58,920 nucleotides of DNA, taken from positions 1 through 58,920 of the forward strand of contig JAUHZB010000005.1 of assembly GCA_030426125.1 (NCBI GenBank), read 5' to 3'. This DNA comes from a bacterium (lineage in GTDB: Bacteria > Patescibacteriota > Saccharimonadia > Saccharimonadales > AWTP1-31). Positions 36,968 through 46,908 of the stretch are shown in pieces (the first letter of the stretch is position 1; every line of letters starts with the position of its first letter). A program made the position numbers and the translations under genes. Below the pieces are notes generated by a model that saw only the letters and a program-made list of their open reading frames with translations, searched no databases and had not been told where the DNA came from.

Positions 36968-39424
36968 ATGCCAACCAACAAACAACCTGGTATGGAGCTA
37001 GATGTTCATTTAAACAATGCAAATCTAGTCGATGGAGATATATTTAACCTACCTTCATCTTTTGGTTTTGATCAAGTCGATCCGGCTACCGATACTTTAT
37101 CGTCGGATAGAAGTTACCGTGATGTTATTTATGATGTATTGAATTTGCAAGAAGGCGATGGAATTCGGGAGCAGCTCAAGACTCGCGCCTGGCTGCTGGG
37201 CAATAAAATGGTAGACTCGGTTCGAGAAATTACTACTAATTTAGACAGAAAAGCTAAAACCAGATTGATCGGTGTAGCTATGATTGGTGTTTTATCGGTT
37301 GGCGCTACAGCAGATAGTATGACTCTTTTCGAGCAGGGTGAAGCTAGCCAAGCTAATGAATTAATTGAAGAAATAAATAGCGAACTTGTGGCTATGCCAA
37401 AGGAAATACATATTTCTTACGATGTGCCACAGTCACAACCTAGAGTCTTGGATCTAGCGGTGGCGATGGATATGGATCCAAGTGATGCTGCAAAGCAGGT
37501 CAGCGAGCAGTTAGGGGAAGGTTATAACCCAGAATCGAATATGCCAGCTGGCGAGAGTGTTGCAATTAAAACGGTTGGTACAGATTATTTCGTCAGTAAA
37601 GAAGATACAATGGCTTCATTAAGTGAACGTTTTGTTGTCCCACCAAATGTACTCCGGGCTGCAAACCCGGAGCTTCAAGCCGCTTCTGCTGATCAGAGTG
37701 TTTCTGAGGTTATGCCTAGTGTTGTGATACCAAGACCCCTACTTATTGCACAGTTACCGACCAAAATGTCATATCAGCAAGCTCAAGAGGAAACTGGCCT
37801 AACTAGCTTAATGGAAAGCGGTGAAATATCCAGTAGCCAATCGGAAGTACTTTTTGACGGTCGTCTATTGGTTGTTCCTGTTGCTGGTGATGCTGGGTTA
37901 GTTTCTATAAAGAAATCTCCGGTTTTAGTTACTTCAGAAGCCGACTCAATGCCAGCTCCAGAGAAGGCTCAACTCGCCATTTCTCCAGAAGTGCAAAGAG
38001 TCAATGAGATACTCAGTGGCATTGACCTTGGCAGCCCTACTATTGACCTAAGTGAATTAACAAGCTCAGTTATTGCTTTAGACAGGGCGTTTCGGACGAT
38101 AGATAAAGACCGAATGGCTTTAACACCCGAAGGTACTGTCAAGATGTTGTTAGCCCACGAAGCTATTGGCTTGGAAGTACCATTTACGGTTGCTGAGCGT
38201 ACTGCCGATGTAGAGCGCTACGTTTCACCTGAAGCCTATGCGGTTTTTCTGGCAACTGCCAAGTTATACCAACTTAGATTAGCAGATTTCCCTGAATTAT
38301 CTGGATCAATGCTGAGAATGCGAGATGGCAATGGTCCGGCCCATAGCACTCATAATGATGGTACTTCTTTCGATATTTCTAGTGCATTTGGTTGGGAAGT
38401 TCAGCAGTACGCTGATGGGCCTTTCGGTGATTATCAGTTTTCAGAAAGTTTTCATCGTCAATTCAACCAAGTTCTACTAACAGATATGGCGAAAATGAAA
38501 ATAGGTGGACAGAATGCAATAAAAAGAGTCTACTTTAGTGATCAGGAATTAGTGAATTCTGTAAATCAGGCCAGTGGCTATACCTTTATGAAGGATATTG
38601 ACGAGAACCATAAAGATCATTACCATGTGACCCTTAATCCGGCCTTTAGCCAACCGCAGTGGCGACCAACTATGCGCGATATGCCATGGGATGATATTCA
38701 GGATTTGAAGATCGGCGACGCTGCAAGACCAATAACATCTACTCAGCACGACGCTGAACATAAAGATTTCGAGCAGTATGTAGCAGGTATTATTGGTTCA
38801 GCAGTCAGTAGCCAAGAAGCTGCCGAGGGCACTAGGGACGAAACGACCGAAAACACTAACGATGTTGATCCGCTTGAAAGTATAGTTGATAGCCTAGATG
38901 CTACTGATTACCAGAAAGAATTTCTGCGTCTTTCGACCAGGAAGGTTATTGAAGTCTCAGCTCAGTATAATTTAAACCCCTACGCCGTTCTGGCTCAAGC
39001 AGCTATGGAAAGTGGATATGCCGAGAGTGAATTATCCGTAAAAGCCAACAACCTGTTTGGAGTAAAAATTGGCTCAAATTGGGAGGGTGATCACATTGAA
39101 CTAATGGTAGGCCCAGAGGATGAACAATATCCGGCCAAGTTTAGGGTCTACGATTCTATTGAAGAGTCCATTGAAGATTACGCAAAACTTATAGACAGTC
39201 GATCATGGTATGACGATGCTCAACTGCACAGTGACAGTATTGAATTATATCTACGTGGGTTACTTGATGAACTCAACCCTGACGGAAGCGTTGCTAAAAG
39301 ACAGGGAGAAGAAGGTGTATTAAGTTATGACTTCACTCCAGATTACGATCAGAGAGTTATTGATGTGATAAATAGTTTAAACATCATCGAGTTAGTAGAT
39401 GCTGTAACAAAGGAGAATAAATAA
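36968..39424 (+). CDS. multidomain murein hydrolase: TM, LysM-like, MepA/LAS-like Zn peptidase, GH73 glucosaminidase
   Basis: EDTMASLSERF...LRAANP; HSTHNDGTSFD...HKDHYH; AQAAMESG...ANNLFGVK...FRVYDSIEESIEDY. Confidence 0.75.
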   Translation: MPTNKQPGMELDVHLNNANLVDGDIFNLPSSFGFDQVDPATDTLSSDRSYRDVIYDVLNLQEGDGIREQLKTRAWLLGNKMVDSVREITTNLDRKAKTRLIGVAMIGVLSVGATADSMTLFEQGEASQANELIEEINSELVAMPKEIHISYDVPQSQPRVLDLAVAMDMDPSDAAKQVSEQLGEGYNPESNMPAGESVAIKTVGTDYFVSKEDTMASLSERFVVPPNVLRAANPELQAASADQSVSEVMPSVVIPRPLLIAQLPTKMSYQQAQEETGLTSLMESGEISSSQSEVLFDGRLLVVPVAGDAGLVSIKKSPVLVTSEADSMPAPEKAQLAISPEVQRVNEILSGIDLGSPTIDLSELTSSVIALDRAFRTIDKDRMALTPEGTVKMLLAHEAIGLEVPFTVAERTADVERYVSPEAYAVFLATAKLYQLRLADFPELSGSMLRMRDGNGPAHSTHNDGTSFDISSAFGWEVQQYADGPFGDYQFSESFHRQFNQVLLTDMAKMKIGGQNAIKRVYFSDQELVNSVNQASGYTFMKDIDENHKDHYHVTLNPAFSQPQWRPTMRDMPWDDIQDLKIGDAARPITSTQHDAEHKDFEQYVAGIIGSAVSSQEAAEGTRDETTENTNDVDPLESIVDSLDATDYQKEFLRLSTRKVIEVSAQYNLNPYAVLAQAAMESGYAESELSVKANNLFGVKIGSNWEGDHIELMVGPEDEQYPAKFRVYDSIEESIEDYAKLIDSRSWYDDAQLHSDSIELYLRGLLDELNPDGSVAKRQGEEGVLSYDFTPDYDQRVIDVINSLNIIELVDAVTKENK

Positions 39425-40458
39425 TGACTGCGTTACCAAAACCAGGAACCATAGATGGCCAATACGGAGAGTACGAGATTGTGTCAGATGCATTAGCTGA
39501 GGGTTTAGCAAACGAGCAAGCTCAACAAATTGATGAGCTACTAAATCAACCACCAGTAGAACAAATGTCTCCAGTGATTGAAAGAGAAACAGTCATTCGA
39601 GAGAGACGTCCAAGGAAAAGCTATCCCCAGCGAATAATGACCGGAGCTAAGCTAGCTGGCGTTGCTCTGGCTTTATACGGTGGATATCAAATATACCAAG
39701 GAATAACTAGTAACGGGGGAGCTCACATGGAAGGTGAAGTAGCTTCTGAGGAGACTAGGGTCACTTTCTATGAAAACAGCCCGATTGAGTTAGCTGGTAT
39801 AGAAAGCGATGTTAGCCTAGAGCTAGAAGCCGGCTATGACCGGACAGTTTCCGTTTTTGGAGTAGAAGTAGATATTAACCCGATTAATAATGAATATACA
39901 GTAGACGAGGATCTAACGCTTGATACAACAGCTAAAATGGTTATTGAAAGCATGCGGGTCGAGGAGACCGAAGATCAATTTATCGTTAGTTTTGATGGAA
40001 GTATGGATATTGATGATGCTTCAGTTGATTGGGAAGAAGAAGAGCTTGCTGGAGCAGATATCAAGTGGAATTCATTCTCTGTCGGTAATGAGGAGAAGGA
40101 TAATATAGACAATGATGCTCTAGAGATACTTCAAGATTCAGCTGGTGTTACCTCAGCTTGTGCTTTGAGGGACGAGAGTGTTGGTGATTTACTAGCTAAT
40201 GGAGTTGAGAAATTCTTAACTATCGTAAATCCTGATTTTGCTGATTCTGGTAAAGAACTAGTCCTAAAAATTGAAGATATAGATAGTAAAACAGCCGAGC
40301 TATACGCCAAAGCTGTTGATGCTCTTAACGCTACAATAGAAAAAATTAGACAAGACTATAGCGAACCGAATGATATTTTTAACTTGGATATTAGCTCAAT
40401 CCTTGATTGTGCTTCACAAGATATTCGGATAACTGATCCGAAGTCGAAGTCAGAGTAG
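39424..40458 (+). CDS. acidic single-pass membrane protein
   Basis: TAATG overlap with upstream gene; one TM after basic patch; D/E-rich ectodomain. Confidence 0.65.
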   Translation: MTALPKPGTIDGQYGEYEIVSDALAEGLANEQAQQIDELLNQPPVEQMSPVIERETVIRERRPRKSYPQRIMTGAKLAGVALALYGGYQIYQGITSNGGAHMEGEVASEETRVTFYENSPIELAGIESDVSLELEAGYDRTVSVFGVEVDINPINNEYTVDEDLTLDTTAKMVIESMRVEETEDQFIVSFDGSMDIDDASVDWEEEELAGADIKWNSFSVGNEEKDNIDNDALEILQDSAGVTSACALRDESVGDLLANGVEKFLTIVNPDFADSGKELVLKIEDIDSKTAELYAKAVDALNATIEKIRQDYSEPNDIFNLDISSILDCASQDIRITDPKSKSE

Positions 40459-40491
40459 TCTGAAGGCATAAACTCAAGCTATACTGGTAGA

Positions 40492-41976
40492 GTGAATAAG
40501 CGACTGCAAGAAAAACTAAAGCAATTACCGAGTGGACCGGGAGTCTATTTTCATAAAGATGAAAACGGACAAATTATCTACGTCGGTAAAGCCTCGGTAC
40601 TGAAAAACCGGGTACGCCAGTATTTCCATAAATCTCGTCAGAGTGACCCTAAAACTGACCTGCTGGTAGCTGATATTCGGGACGTCGATTGGCAAGAAGT
40701 AGATAGTGAGATTGAGGCGTTGTTTTTAGAAGCCGAATTAATTCGGCGCTACATGCCAAAGTATAATATTCTGCTACGTGACGATAAAAGTCAGATATAT
40801 GTTCGGATAGATTTCAATAACAAGTATCCAAGTGTTACTACCACCCGGCGACCACTAGACGATAAAGCCACCTACTATGGACCTTATCTTAGTCAGCTAG
40901 CAGTTAAAAGGGCTTTGAAGTATCTGCGCAAGATATTCCCATATTCTACACACACCACACTACCCAATCGAGCTTGTTTGCTAGTGCATCTAAACTTGTG
41001 CCCGGGTCCAGAGACCGGTCAGTTAGATGAAAAGCAATACAAAAGCTCCCTAAAGAAGCTAGTAGCAGTATTAAATGGTCGCAAAAAGAAACTGATTAGT
41101 GAATTGGACAGTGAAATGAAACAGCTTGCCAAACAGTCAGATTTTGAACAAGCTGGAAAGCTGCGTGATCAGATCATTGCTCTTAAGGATTTAGATAAAC
41201 GAATTTTGTTTAGTGATAAAGAATTTATGGATCTTTCCAAAGACCATGCTCTTATAGAGCTCAGTGAACTGCTTGGACTGGACTCACCTCCTAAAAGGAT
41301 TGAAGGCTATGATATCAGTCACATGTCTGGGAGTGACGTAGTTGCCAGTATGGTGGTCTTTAGTAATGGTGTCGCCGATAAATCTAGCTACCGTAAGTTT
41401 AAGTCTCGTCTTCCTGGTAACGATGACTTTTTGCATATGCGCGAAGTAACGCAGAGACGATTTAGTGATAAAAATATTAAACAGTGGGGAAAACCAGACT
41501 TTATATTAATCGATGGCGGTAAAGGGCAGTTAAGTGCTGCTCAGGAAGTGCTTAAAGAGAAGGAGTTGTTTATTCCGACGGTCGGCCTTGCTAAAAATTA
41601 TGAGGAAATAATAGTAGCCAAGCAATGGCCGTCTACTAAATTAAATGATGAAATTGTGTTAAAACAAAGGGGTTTCACAAAACGGAGCGAAGACTTTGTA
41701 AGTGTTGATTTACCCAATAACAGTAATCTAGTGAAGTTATTACAGAGAATCCGCGATGAATCACACCGTTTTGCTGTTAGCTACCACAGTGTACTAAAGT
41801 CAAAGCGTCAGACCCACAGTCGTCTAGATGATATCCCTGGTATTGGCCCGGCTACTAAAAAGAAACTGCTCCGGCAATTCGGTAGTCTAAAAGGTGTTAA
41901 AGAAGCTAACCAAGAAGAACTGAGCTTACTTATCGGCAGTCCGAAGGCAAAAGTAGTAAAACAATATTTATCTTAA
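40492..41976 (+). CDS. uvrC: excinuclease ABC subunit C
   Basis: GIY-YIG (PGVY...IYVGKA), RIEGYDISH, IDGGKGQ, RDESHRFA, HhH. Confidence 0.96.
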   Translation: MNKRLQEKLKQLPSGPGVYFHKDENGQIIYVGKASVLKNRVRQYFHKSRQSDPKTDLLVADIRDVDWQEVDSEIEALFLEAELIRRYMPKYNILLRDDKSQIYVRIDFNNKYPSVTTTRRPLDDKATYYGPYLSQLAVKRALKYLRKIFPYSTHTTLPNRACLLVHLNLCPGPETGQLDEKQYKSSLKKLVAVLNGRKKKLISELDSEMKQLAKQSDFEQAGKLRDQIIALKDLDKRILFSDKEFMDLSKDHALIELSELLGLDSPPKRIEGYDISHMSGSDVVASMVVFSNGVADKSSYRKFKSRLPGNDDFLHMREVTQRRFSDKNIKQWGKPDFILIDGGKGQLSAAQEVLKEKELFIPTVGLAKNYEEIIVAKQWPSTKLNDEIVLKQRGFTKRSEDFVSVDLPNNSNLVKLLQRIRDESHRFAVSYHSVLKSKRQTHSRLDDIPGIGPATKKKLLRQFGSLKGVKEANQEELSLLIGSPKAKVVKQYLS

Positions 41977-41991
41977 AATTCTTTTCGTTTG

Positions 41992-42258
41992 CTAGCTACT
42001 GGCTTTGGGGCCCCTGAAAGCCTTCAATAAGGCAATTAATATTACTGAACCAATCACAGCTACTATAAGGCTGTATAGGCTAAAGTCATCAACGTTGTCG
42101 CCGCCCAGCATGCTGAATATGAATCCTCCGATAATTGCGCCCAAGATTCCAATTACTATATTGGCTACCGCACCTTGTTGTTCATTTGTTTTCATAATTA
42201 TTGAAGCCAGCCAACCAGCCAGGGCTCCAAAAAGTATCCATCCTATAATATTTAACAT
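41992..42258 (-). CDS. GlsB/YeaQ/YmgE family stress membrane protein
   Basis: [16 protein letters not shown]...[13 protein letters not shown]...AVIGSVIL. Confidence 0.88.
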   Translation of the reverse strand: MLNIIGWILFGALAGWLASIIMKTNEQQGAVANIVIGILGAIIGGFIFSMLGGDNVDDFSLYSLIVAVIGSVILIALLKAFRGPKASS

Positions 42259-42312
42259 TGTTTCTCCTTATTCGTTCATTTTTAGATTAACTAATTCGGC
42301 TTTCGCGGCCAC

Positions 42313-42408
42313 TCATACCTGAAGCTCGTACCAAAAATCACTATTGTTTTTCTGGCGCCACTCCTTTAGGAATTGTTGCTTGCTTGATGATCTATCATAC
42401 TTTTTCAT
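42313..42408 (-). CDS. 31-aa microprotein MKKYDRSSSKQQFLKEWRQKNNSDFWYELQV
   Basis: GGGGG SD-like motif before ATG; below ORF-track size cut-off. Confidence 0.45.
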   Translation of the reverse strand: MKKYDRSSSKQQFLKEWRQKNNSDFWYELQV

Positions 42409-42459
42409 ATTACCCCCAAATGTTACTTTAATTTCAAAGTCTATTGATCTTAGTGTCCT

Positions 42460-42555
42460 TTAAAGCTCCAATAAACTTATTCTGTCCTGTTTCCGGTTCA
42501 AGAACTTGTTTATCTTTTTGTCTAGTTCTCTGTCGGTATATAATATATCCCTCAT
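42460..42555 (-). CDS. 31-aa microprotein MRDILYTDRELDKKINKFLNRKQDRISLLEL
   Basis: strong AGGAGG SD before ATG; amphipathic helix. Confidence 0.55.
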   Translation of the reverse strand: MRDILYTDRELDKKINKFLNRKQDRISLLEL

Positions 42556-42660
42556 ATCCCCTCCTGCTTAATTTGCTGCTCCCGTACGATTTTAAATTTT
42601 TCATCGTACACTAACAATATATCTTCTTGCTGATTGCTAGTCTGCCAGCCGGCATACAAC

Positions 42661-42686
42661 CCAATTGTTAGCAATATGACAATTGG
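42661..42686. promoter_or_regulatory. Crp/Fnr-type box TGTTA-N6-TGACA
   Basis: palindrome CCAATTGTTA-GCAATA-TGACAATTGG; centred at -41.5 relative to CAGACT on minus strand. Confidence 0.6.
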
Positions 42687-42842
42687 CTGCCCGGATTAAA
42701 TACAAATACAGTGCTCGTAAGCAATATGTGGCTATCAACATCTAAATTTGGCCGGTGCGTATCAATTTTAGAACTTTTTAGTCATAATGCTATTGTGGTT
42801 GGTAATGAACGGGTCAATAAAATTAAGTCAGGGGTAATTAGA

Positions 42843-43667
42843 GTGACGCTAGTTGTTGTCGGAATTATAATATTAATAGTAGCGGTAATTTTCTTAAGTT
42901 TTTCTGGGCGAGACCGCGAAGTATTTATGCAAAGCTATAAGTCATTTCAATTTGTAGACCAAAGTCGAAAGTATCTTATATCTAAGCCAAAATCCGTCGA
43001 CCAGGATAGCAGGGTAATTATTGGTCTGCACGGCTATGGGGACTTCGGCCGTCGTTTCGCCTATTACAGTGGACTTCATAACAGCGCTAGACCGAATGAT
43101 ATTGTTGCATACCCACAGGCTATTGAGCCACAACCTGGACAAATTAGTGGCTGGAACGCTGGTTTCTGTTGTGGCAGTGGATGGAAACAAAATATTGCTG
43201 ATGATGAATTTATAGTTGCCCTTGGTAAGAGTATTGCCGAGCAATACGGAGTAGATAACAGTCGGCTATACGTCACTGGCTTTTCCAATGGTGCTTTTAT
43301 GGCTCAAAGACTGGCTACCGAACACCCGCAGGCTATCAAAGCGGTAGCTAGTGTAGCTGGCAGTGCTGGAACCAAAGATCAGCAAATTTCGCCGAGCGGT
43401 CCTGTGCCTATCCTGTTGATCCATGGCGATCAAGATAAGACAGTGCCATTTAACGGTGGTGCTTCAAAGACAGACCCAGATTTTGTTTGGAAGTCATATC
43501 AAGAAACCAAGCAGCTATGGCAGAACAATAATCAGGATATAGCCCCGGTGGAAAGTTTTGTCTATCAGGGGGTTGGTCATCAATGGCCTAATTGGCGGAT
43601 TGTAAATTTCTGGCATAAACGACCACAAGCCAGTAATCAGGTCATAGAGTTTTTCAATAATAATTGA
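42843..43667 (+). CDS. PHB-depolymerase/LpqC-like esterase, N-terminally anchored
   Basis: LHGYG, WNAGFCCG, GFSNGA, IHGDQD, GHQWP. Confidence 0.82.
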   Translation: MTLVVVGIIILIVAVIFLSFSGRDREVFMQSYKSFQFVDQSRKYLISKPKSVDQDSRVIIGLHGYGDFGRRFAYYSGLHNSARPNDIVAYPQAIEPQPGQISGWNAGFCCGSGWKQNIADDEFIVALGKSIAEQYGVDNSRLYVTGFSNGAFMAQRLATEHPQAIKAVASVAGSAGTKDQQISPSGPVPILLIHGDQDKTVPFNGGASKTDPDFVWKSYQETKQLWQNNNQDIAPVESFVYQGVGHQWPNWRIVNFWHKRPQASNQVIEFFNNN

Positions 43668-43675
43668 ATTTAGGA

Positions 43676-44317
43676 TTAGCCTATTTCTTCAAGGAAATCG
43701 CTGATTCGGTCACTATGAATTAATAGTTTATGGTCATGATGGCTGAACATTTTGGCTTTTTCTAGTTCTTTCATTTGGACACTGGCTGTGGCTCGGGTTA
43801 GTCCGGCCATATTGGCGATAGCTTGATGAGTAATATCTAGACTTATACTATAGCCTGATTTGGCAACTTTAGTGCCGTGGGCAGTAGCCAGATATAGTAG
43901 CACCTGGCAGACTTTGTGTTTAGCACTGGTAGCTTCGATGCAGTCCACTCTACTAAGTAAATCACTGGTTTTATCTACGAAGTACTGCAGAAGCTGGATG
44001 GTTATTTGATGATTAGCGGAAACAGCATTAATGACTTTCTGGCGGGGTAGGACTTTAATTTCAGCTTCATCGAAGGTTTCATAAAAGTAGTGTAGATCGG
44101 TAGGTGATTTAAAGCTCCAAATAAGCGGAAAGATATCACCCGGGCCTAGTATTAAGATTAATTTTTCGGTGCCGCTAGCGGTAACGTCGTAAACTTTTAC
44201 GTGACCTTTATTAATGTAATAAATGTCTCTAGCTTTTTCACCTTGGTAAAGAACAATTTGTGATTTCGGGTAGTTTCTATTGTGGGCTTGATCGAATAGC
44301 TTGGTCAGTTCTTTCAT
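43676..44317 (-). CDS. Crp/Fnr-family transcriptional regulator
   Basis: cNMP-binding barrel (LYQGE..IYYINKGHVK..GPGDIF); HTH THQAIANMAGLTRATAS. Confidence 0.9.
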   Translation of the reverse strand: MKELTKLFDQAHNRNYPKSQIVLYQGEKARDIYYINKGHVKVYDVTASGTEKLILILGPGDIFPLIWSFKSPTDLHYFYETFDEAEIKVLPRQKVINAVSANHQITIQLLQYFVDKTSDLLSRVDCIEATSAKHKVCQVLLYLATAHGTKVAKSGYSISLDITHQAIANMAGLTRATASVQMKELEKAKMFSHHDHKLLIHSDRISDFLEEIG

Positions 44318-44326
44318 AATTCGTGC

Positions 44327-44342
44327 TGTTAGATTTCTAACA
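44327..44342. promoter_or_regulatory. Crp/Fnr-type box TGTTA-N6-TAACA
   Basis: palindrome between crp-like gene and yggT; centred at -41.5 relative to CATACT 44364-44369. Confidence 0.65.
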
Positions 44343-44388
44343 GAACCTCCAAGACTATTATTGCATACTATGAGATACGGAGGAATTA

Positions 44389-44694
44389 ATGAATAGTAAA
44401 CTGAATCAATTTATCAAGGGATTAATAAACCTAATGCTGGCGGTTGTCGGTGTGTTGCTGGGTTTGCGATTTATATTAAAACTGTTTTCGGCCAACCCCC
44501 AAAACGATTTCGTTAATTGGATTTATCAGTCATCAGCAGAGATACTGGGGCCCTTTAGAAATATCTTTCCGGCCTCAAATTTAGATGGCTTTGTGATTGA
44601 GTTCTCGACCATCTTTGCCATGCTGGTTTATGCTATTATCGCAGCCCTGGCTTTTTATCTAATAGATGTACTTCTAGTAAGGACCAAGAAGTAG
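44389..44694 (+). CDS. YggT-family membrane protein
   Basis: LGLRFILKLFSANP..FVNWIY...LGPFRNIFP; GGAGG SD. Confidence 0.8.
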   Translation: MNSKLNQFIKGLINLMLAVVGVLLGLRFILKLFSANPQNDFVNWIYQSSAEILGPFRNIFPASNLDGFVIEFSTIFAMLVYAIIAALAFYLIDVLLVRTKK

Positions 44695-44696
44695 TT

Positions 44697-44906
44697 ATGC
44701 CGTATAGTGAGCTAGATCGACTGCCAAAGGGTATTAAGGATAATCTACCGCCCCATGCCCAAGAAATCTATATGTCTGCTTACAATAATGCCATTGAACA
44801 ATATAGTGATCAGCAAGATAGTGAATCAACGGCCCACCGAGTTGCTTGGTCAGCTGTTAAGCAACAGTATGAAAAAAGCCCGTCAGGAAACTGGCATAAA
44901 AAATAG
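44697..44906 (+). CDS. chaB: ChaB-family protein
   Basis: MPY...LP..LPPHAQEIYMSAYNNA...AHRVAWSAVKQQYEK...W. Confidence 0.9.
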   Translation: MPYSELDRLPKGIKDNLPPHAQEIYMSAYNNAIEQYSDQQDSESTAHRVAWSAVKQQYEKSPSGNWHKK

Positions 44907-44988
44907 TTTGCTTAAGTAGGTTTGTGGTCAAGATTCCTAAGCTGGATAATAGGCTGCTTCTTTTTTGATGTATACTTAGAAGTTGATA

Positions 44989-46239
44989 ATGAGTGAAATA
45001 TTAGTTGATCAAAAAGATCTGTTTAATGCTGAATTTTTTAAACAGAATCGTCAGAAACTAAAGAGTATCTTTATTGGTTCAGCGCCAATAGTTATAACTG
45101 CCAATGGTTTACTCCAGCAGTCGATGGATACTACTTTTCCTTTTAAGCAAGATGGTAATTTTTGGTATTTAACTGGAATAAACCAACCAGATATAGTGCT
45201 GGTCATAGATAAAGACAAGGAATACTTAATTGCACCTATTCAATCACAGTCACAAAAGAATTTTGATGGTGAGTTAGATTACCAAGAGCTTAGCAAGCTA
45301 TCTGGAATTGGGGACGTGCTAGACAATAAGACCGGTTGGAAGCGACTGGCGGGAAGGCTTAGTCGAGCTAAACACTTCGCTTCTTTGTCGGTGATGCCAA
45401 GCTATGTTGAGTCGTTTGGTTTTTATACCAATCCGGCCAGGCGGCATCTAGTAGAAAGAATTAACGATATTAATCCCGGTATTGAGCTCCTAGATTTGCG
45501 GCAACACTTTGCAAAGCTACGTATGGTTAAACAACCAGCTGAGCTTTTAGCCATCAAGCAAGCAATCGCTATCACTAGCGAGTCGCTGAGCTATTTGAAG
45601 AAAAGGCTAGATAGCTACAGTAACGAGTCTCATTTGGAGGCTGACCTGAGTTATCGGTTTATGAGTAAATTTGGCACTGATCATGGTTTTGAGCCGATAG
45701 TTGCTAGCGGTCCGAATGCCTGCGTAGTCCACTATGTCCGCAATAATGCTGATCTAAATCACAAGGATCTAATACTATTCGATGTTGGTGCCCAAGCTGG
45801 CGGATATTCTGCAGATATTTCTAGGACATATTCGCTGAGCGCTAAGCCGAGCAAACGTCAAAAACAAGTACACCAGGCTGTGTTAGAGGTTCAGCAGTAC
45901 GCTGCTAGCTTACTAAAACCGGGTGTTATATTGCCGGAATACGAAGCTAAGGTACAGCTATACATGGGCGAAAAGTTAAGGACACTAGGACTTATAAAGA
46001 CAATCGAGCAGCAGGAGGTTCGAAAGTATTTCCCGCATTTAACTAGCCACCATCTTGGTTATGATGTTCATGATCTAGATAACTATGATCAGCCGTTGTC
46101 AGCCGGCAATGTTGTTACAGTTGAGCCGGGGATTTACATCCCCGAAGAAGGCATTGGCGTTCGGATTGAAGATGACTATCTTATTACTGAAGATGGAGCT
46201 GATTTACTCAGTAATAAACTGAGTCGAAATTTAGTCTAA
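44989..46239 (+). CDS. pepP: Xaa-Pro aminopeptidase
   Basis: FKQDGNFWYLTG, DVGA..YSADISRT, HHLGYDVHD, TVEPGIY, GVRIEDD. Confidence 0.9.
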   Translation: MSEILVDQKDLFNAEFFKQNRQKLKSIFIGSAPIVITANGLLQQSMDTTFPFKQDGNFWYLTGINQPDIVLVIDKDKEYLIAPIQSQSQKNFDGELDYQELSKLSGIGDVLDNKTGWKRLAGRLSRAKHFASLSVMPSYVESFGFYTNPARRHLVERINDINPGIELLDLRQHFAKLRMVKQPAELLAIKQAIAITSESLSYLKKRLDSYSNESHLEADLSYRFMSKFGTDHGFEPIVASGPNACVVHYVRNNADLNHKDLILFDVGAQAGGYSADISRTYSLSAKPSKRQKQVHQAVLEVQQYAASLLKPGVILPEYEAKVQLYMGEKLRTLGLIKTIEQQEVRKYFPHLTSHHLGYDVHDLDNYDQPLSAGNVVTVEPGIYIPEEGIGVRIEDDYLITEDGADLLSNKLSRNLV

Positions 46240-46275
46240 GTTTGCTAGCTAAGCTTAAGATCTATGCTATAATTT

Positions 46276-46647
46276 ATGCAAGTTATGAAAAGTCCTTTCG
46301 CAAGGTTTATAGTTCGTTGGTTTGTTAGCGCACTAGGTATCTGGTTAGCAGCTGGGCTACTAGGTGGCACCATAAGTTACGATGAGCGTTTAGCGGTAGT
46401 TATTATATCTGGCTTAATTCTAGCTGTTATTAACGCTATTATTAAACCAATTGTTATTATCTTGTCTCTGCCAGCCATCTTATTTAGCCTCGGATTGTTC
46501 ATGATAGTGATTAACGGCTTGATGGTTACCTTGGTTAGCTGGCTATATTCACCACTTCAAGTTACCAATTTCGGAGCAGCCATGTTAGCTGGTATGGTAA
46601 TTGGCTTGGTAAATTACCTGGTGACCACTATACTAGAGGACAGATGA
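46276..46647 (+). CDS. YvlD/4-TM phage-holin-family membrane protein
   Basis: NAIIKPIVIILSLP..FSLGLF..VING. Confidence 0.8.
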   Translation: MQVMKSPFARFIVRWFVSALGIWLAAGLLGGTISYDERLAVVIISGLILAVINAIIKPIVIILSLPAILFSLGLFMIVINGLMVTLVSWLYSPLQVTNFGAAMLAGMVIGLVNYLVTTILEDR

Positions 46648-46859
46648 ATATATTTAATTACATTACCATTGCAACGACTGTTTTAGTTATTATCCTAATT
46701 TTAATCCAAACCCGTGGTGCTTCACTGGGGGCCGGACTTGGTGGCGGCGGCGGTGAAGTCAATACTGTCAGAAGAGGTTCAGACAAAACCTTACACCAAC
46801 TAACAATATTATTAGTAATTATTTTCGCTGTTTCCTTAATCCTGGGAATATTACTTTAA
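46644..46859 (+). CDS. secG: preprotein translocase subunit SecG
   Basis: ILIQTRGASLGAGLGG...RRGSDKTL; two TMs. Confidence 0.88.
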   Translation: MNIFNYITIATTVLVIILILIQTRGASLGAGLGGGGGEVNTVRRGSDKTLHQLTILLVIIFAVSLILGILL

Positions 46860-46908
46860 GGATAGTCTGTAAGGAAAATAAGGAAGTTTAAAGACAATAA
46901 GGGGGACT

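Noticed and set aside
46276-46647. Holin suggesting a prophage
   Set aside because: YvlD-type membrane protein in a housekeeping operon with secG; no lysis or structural genes adjacent
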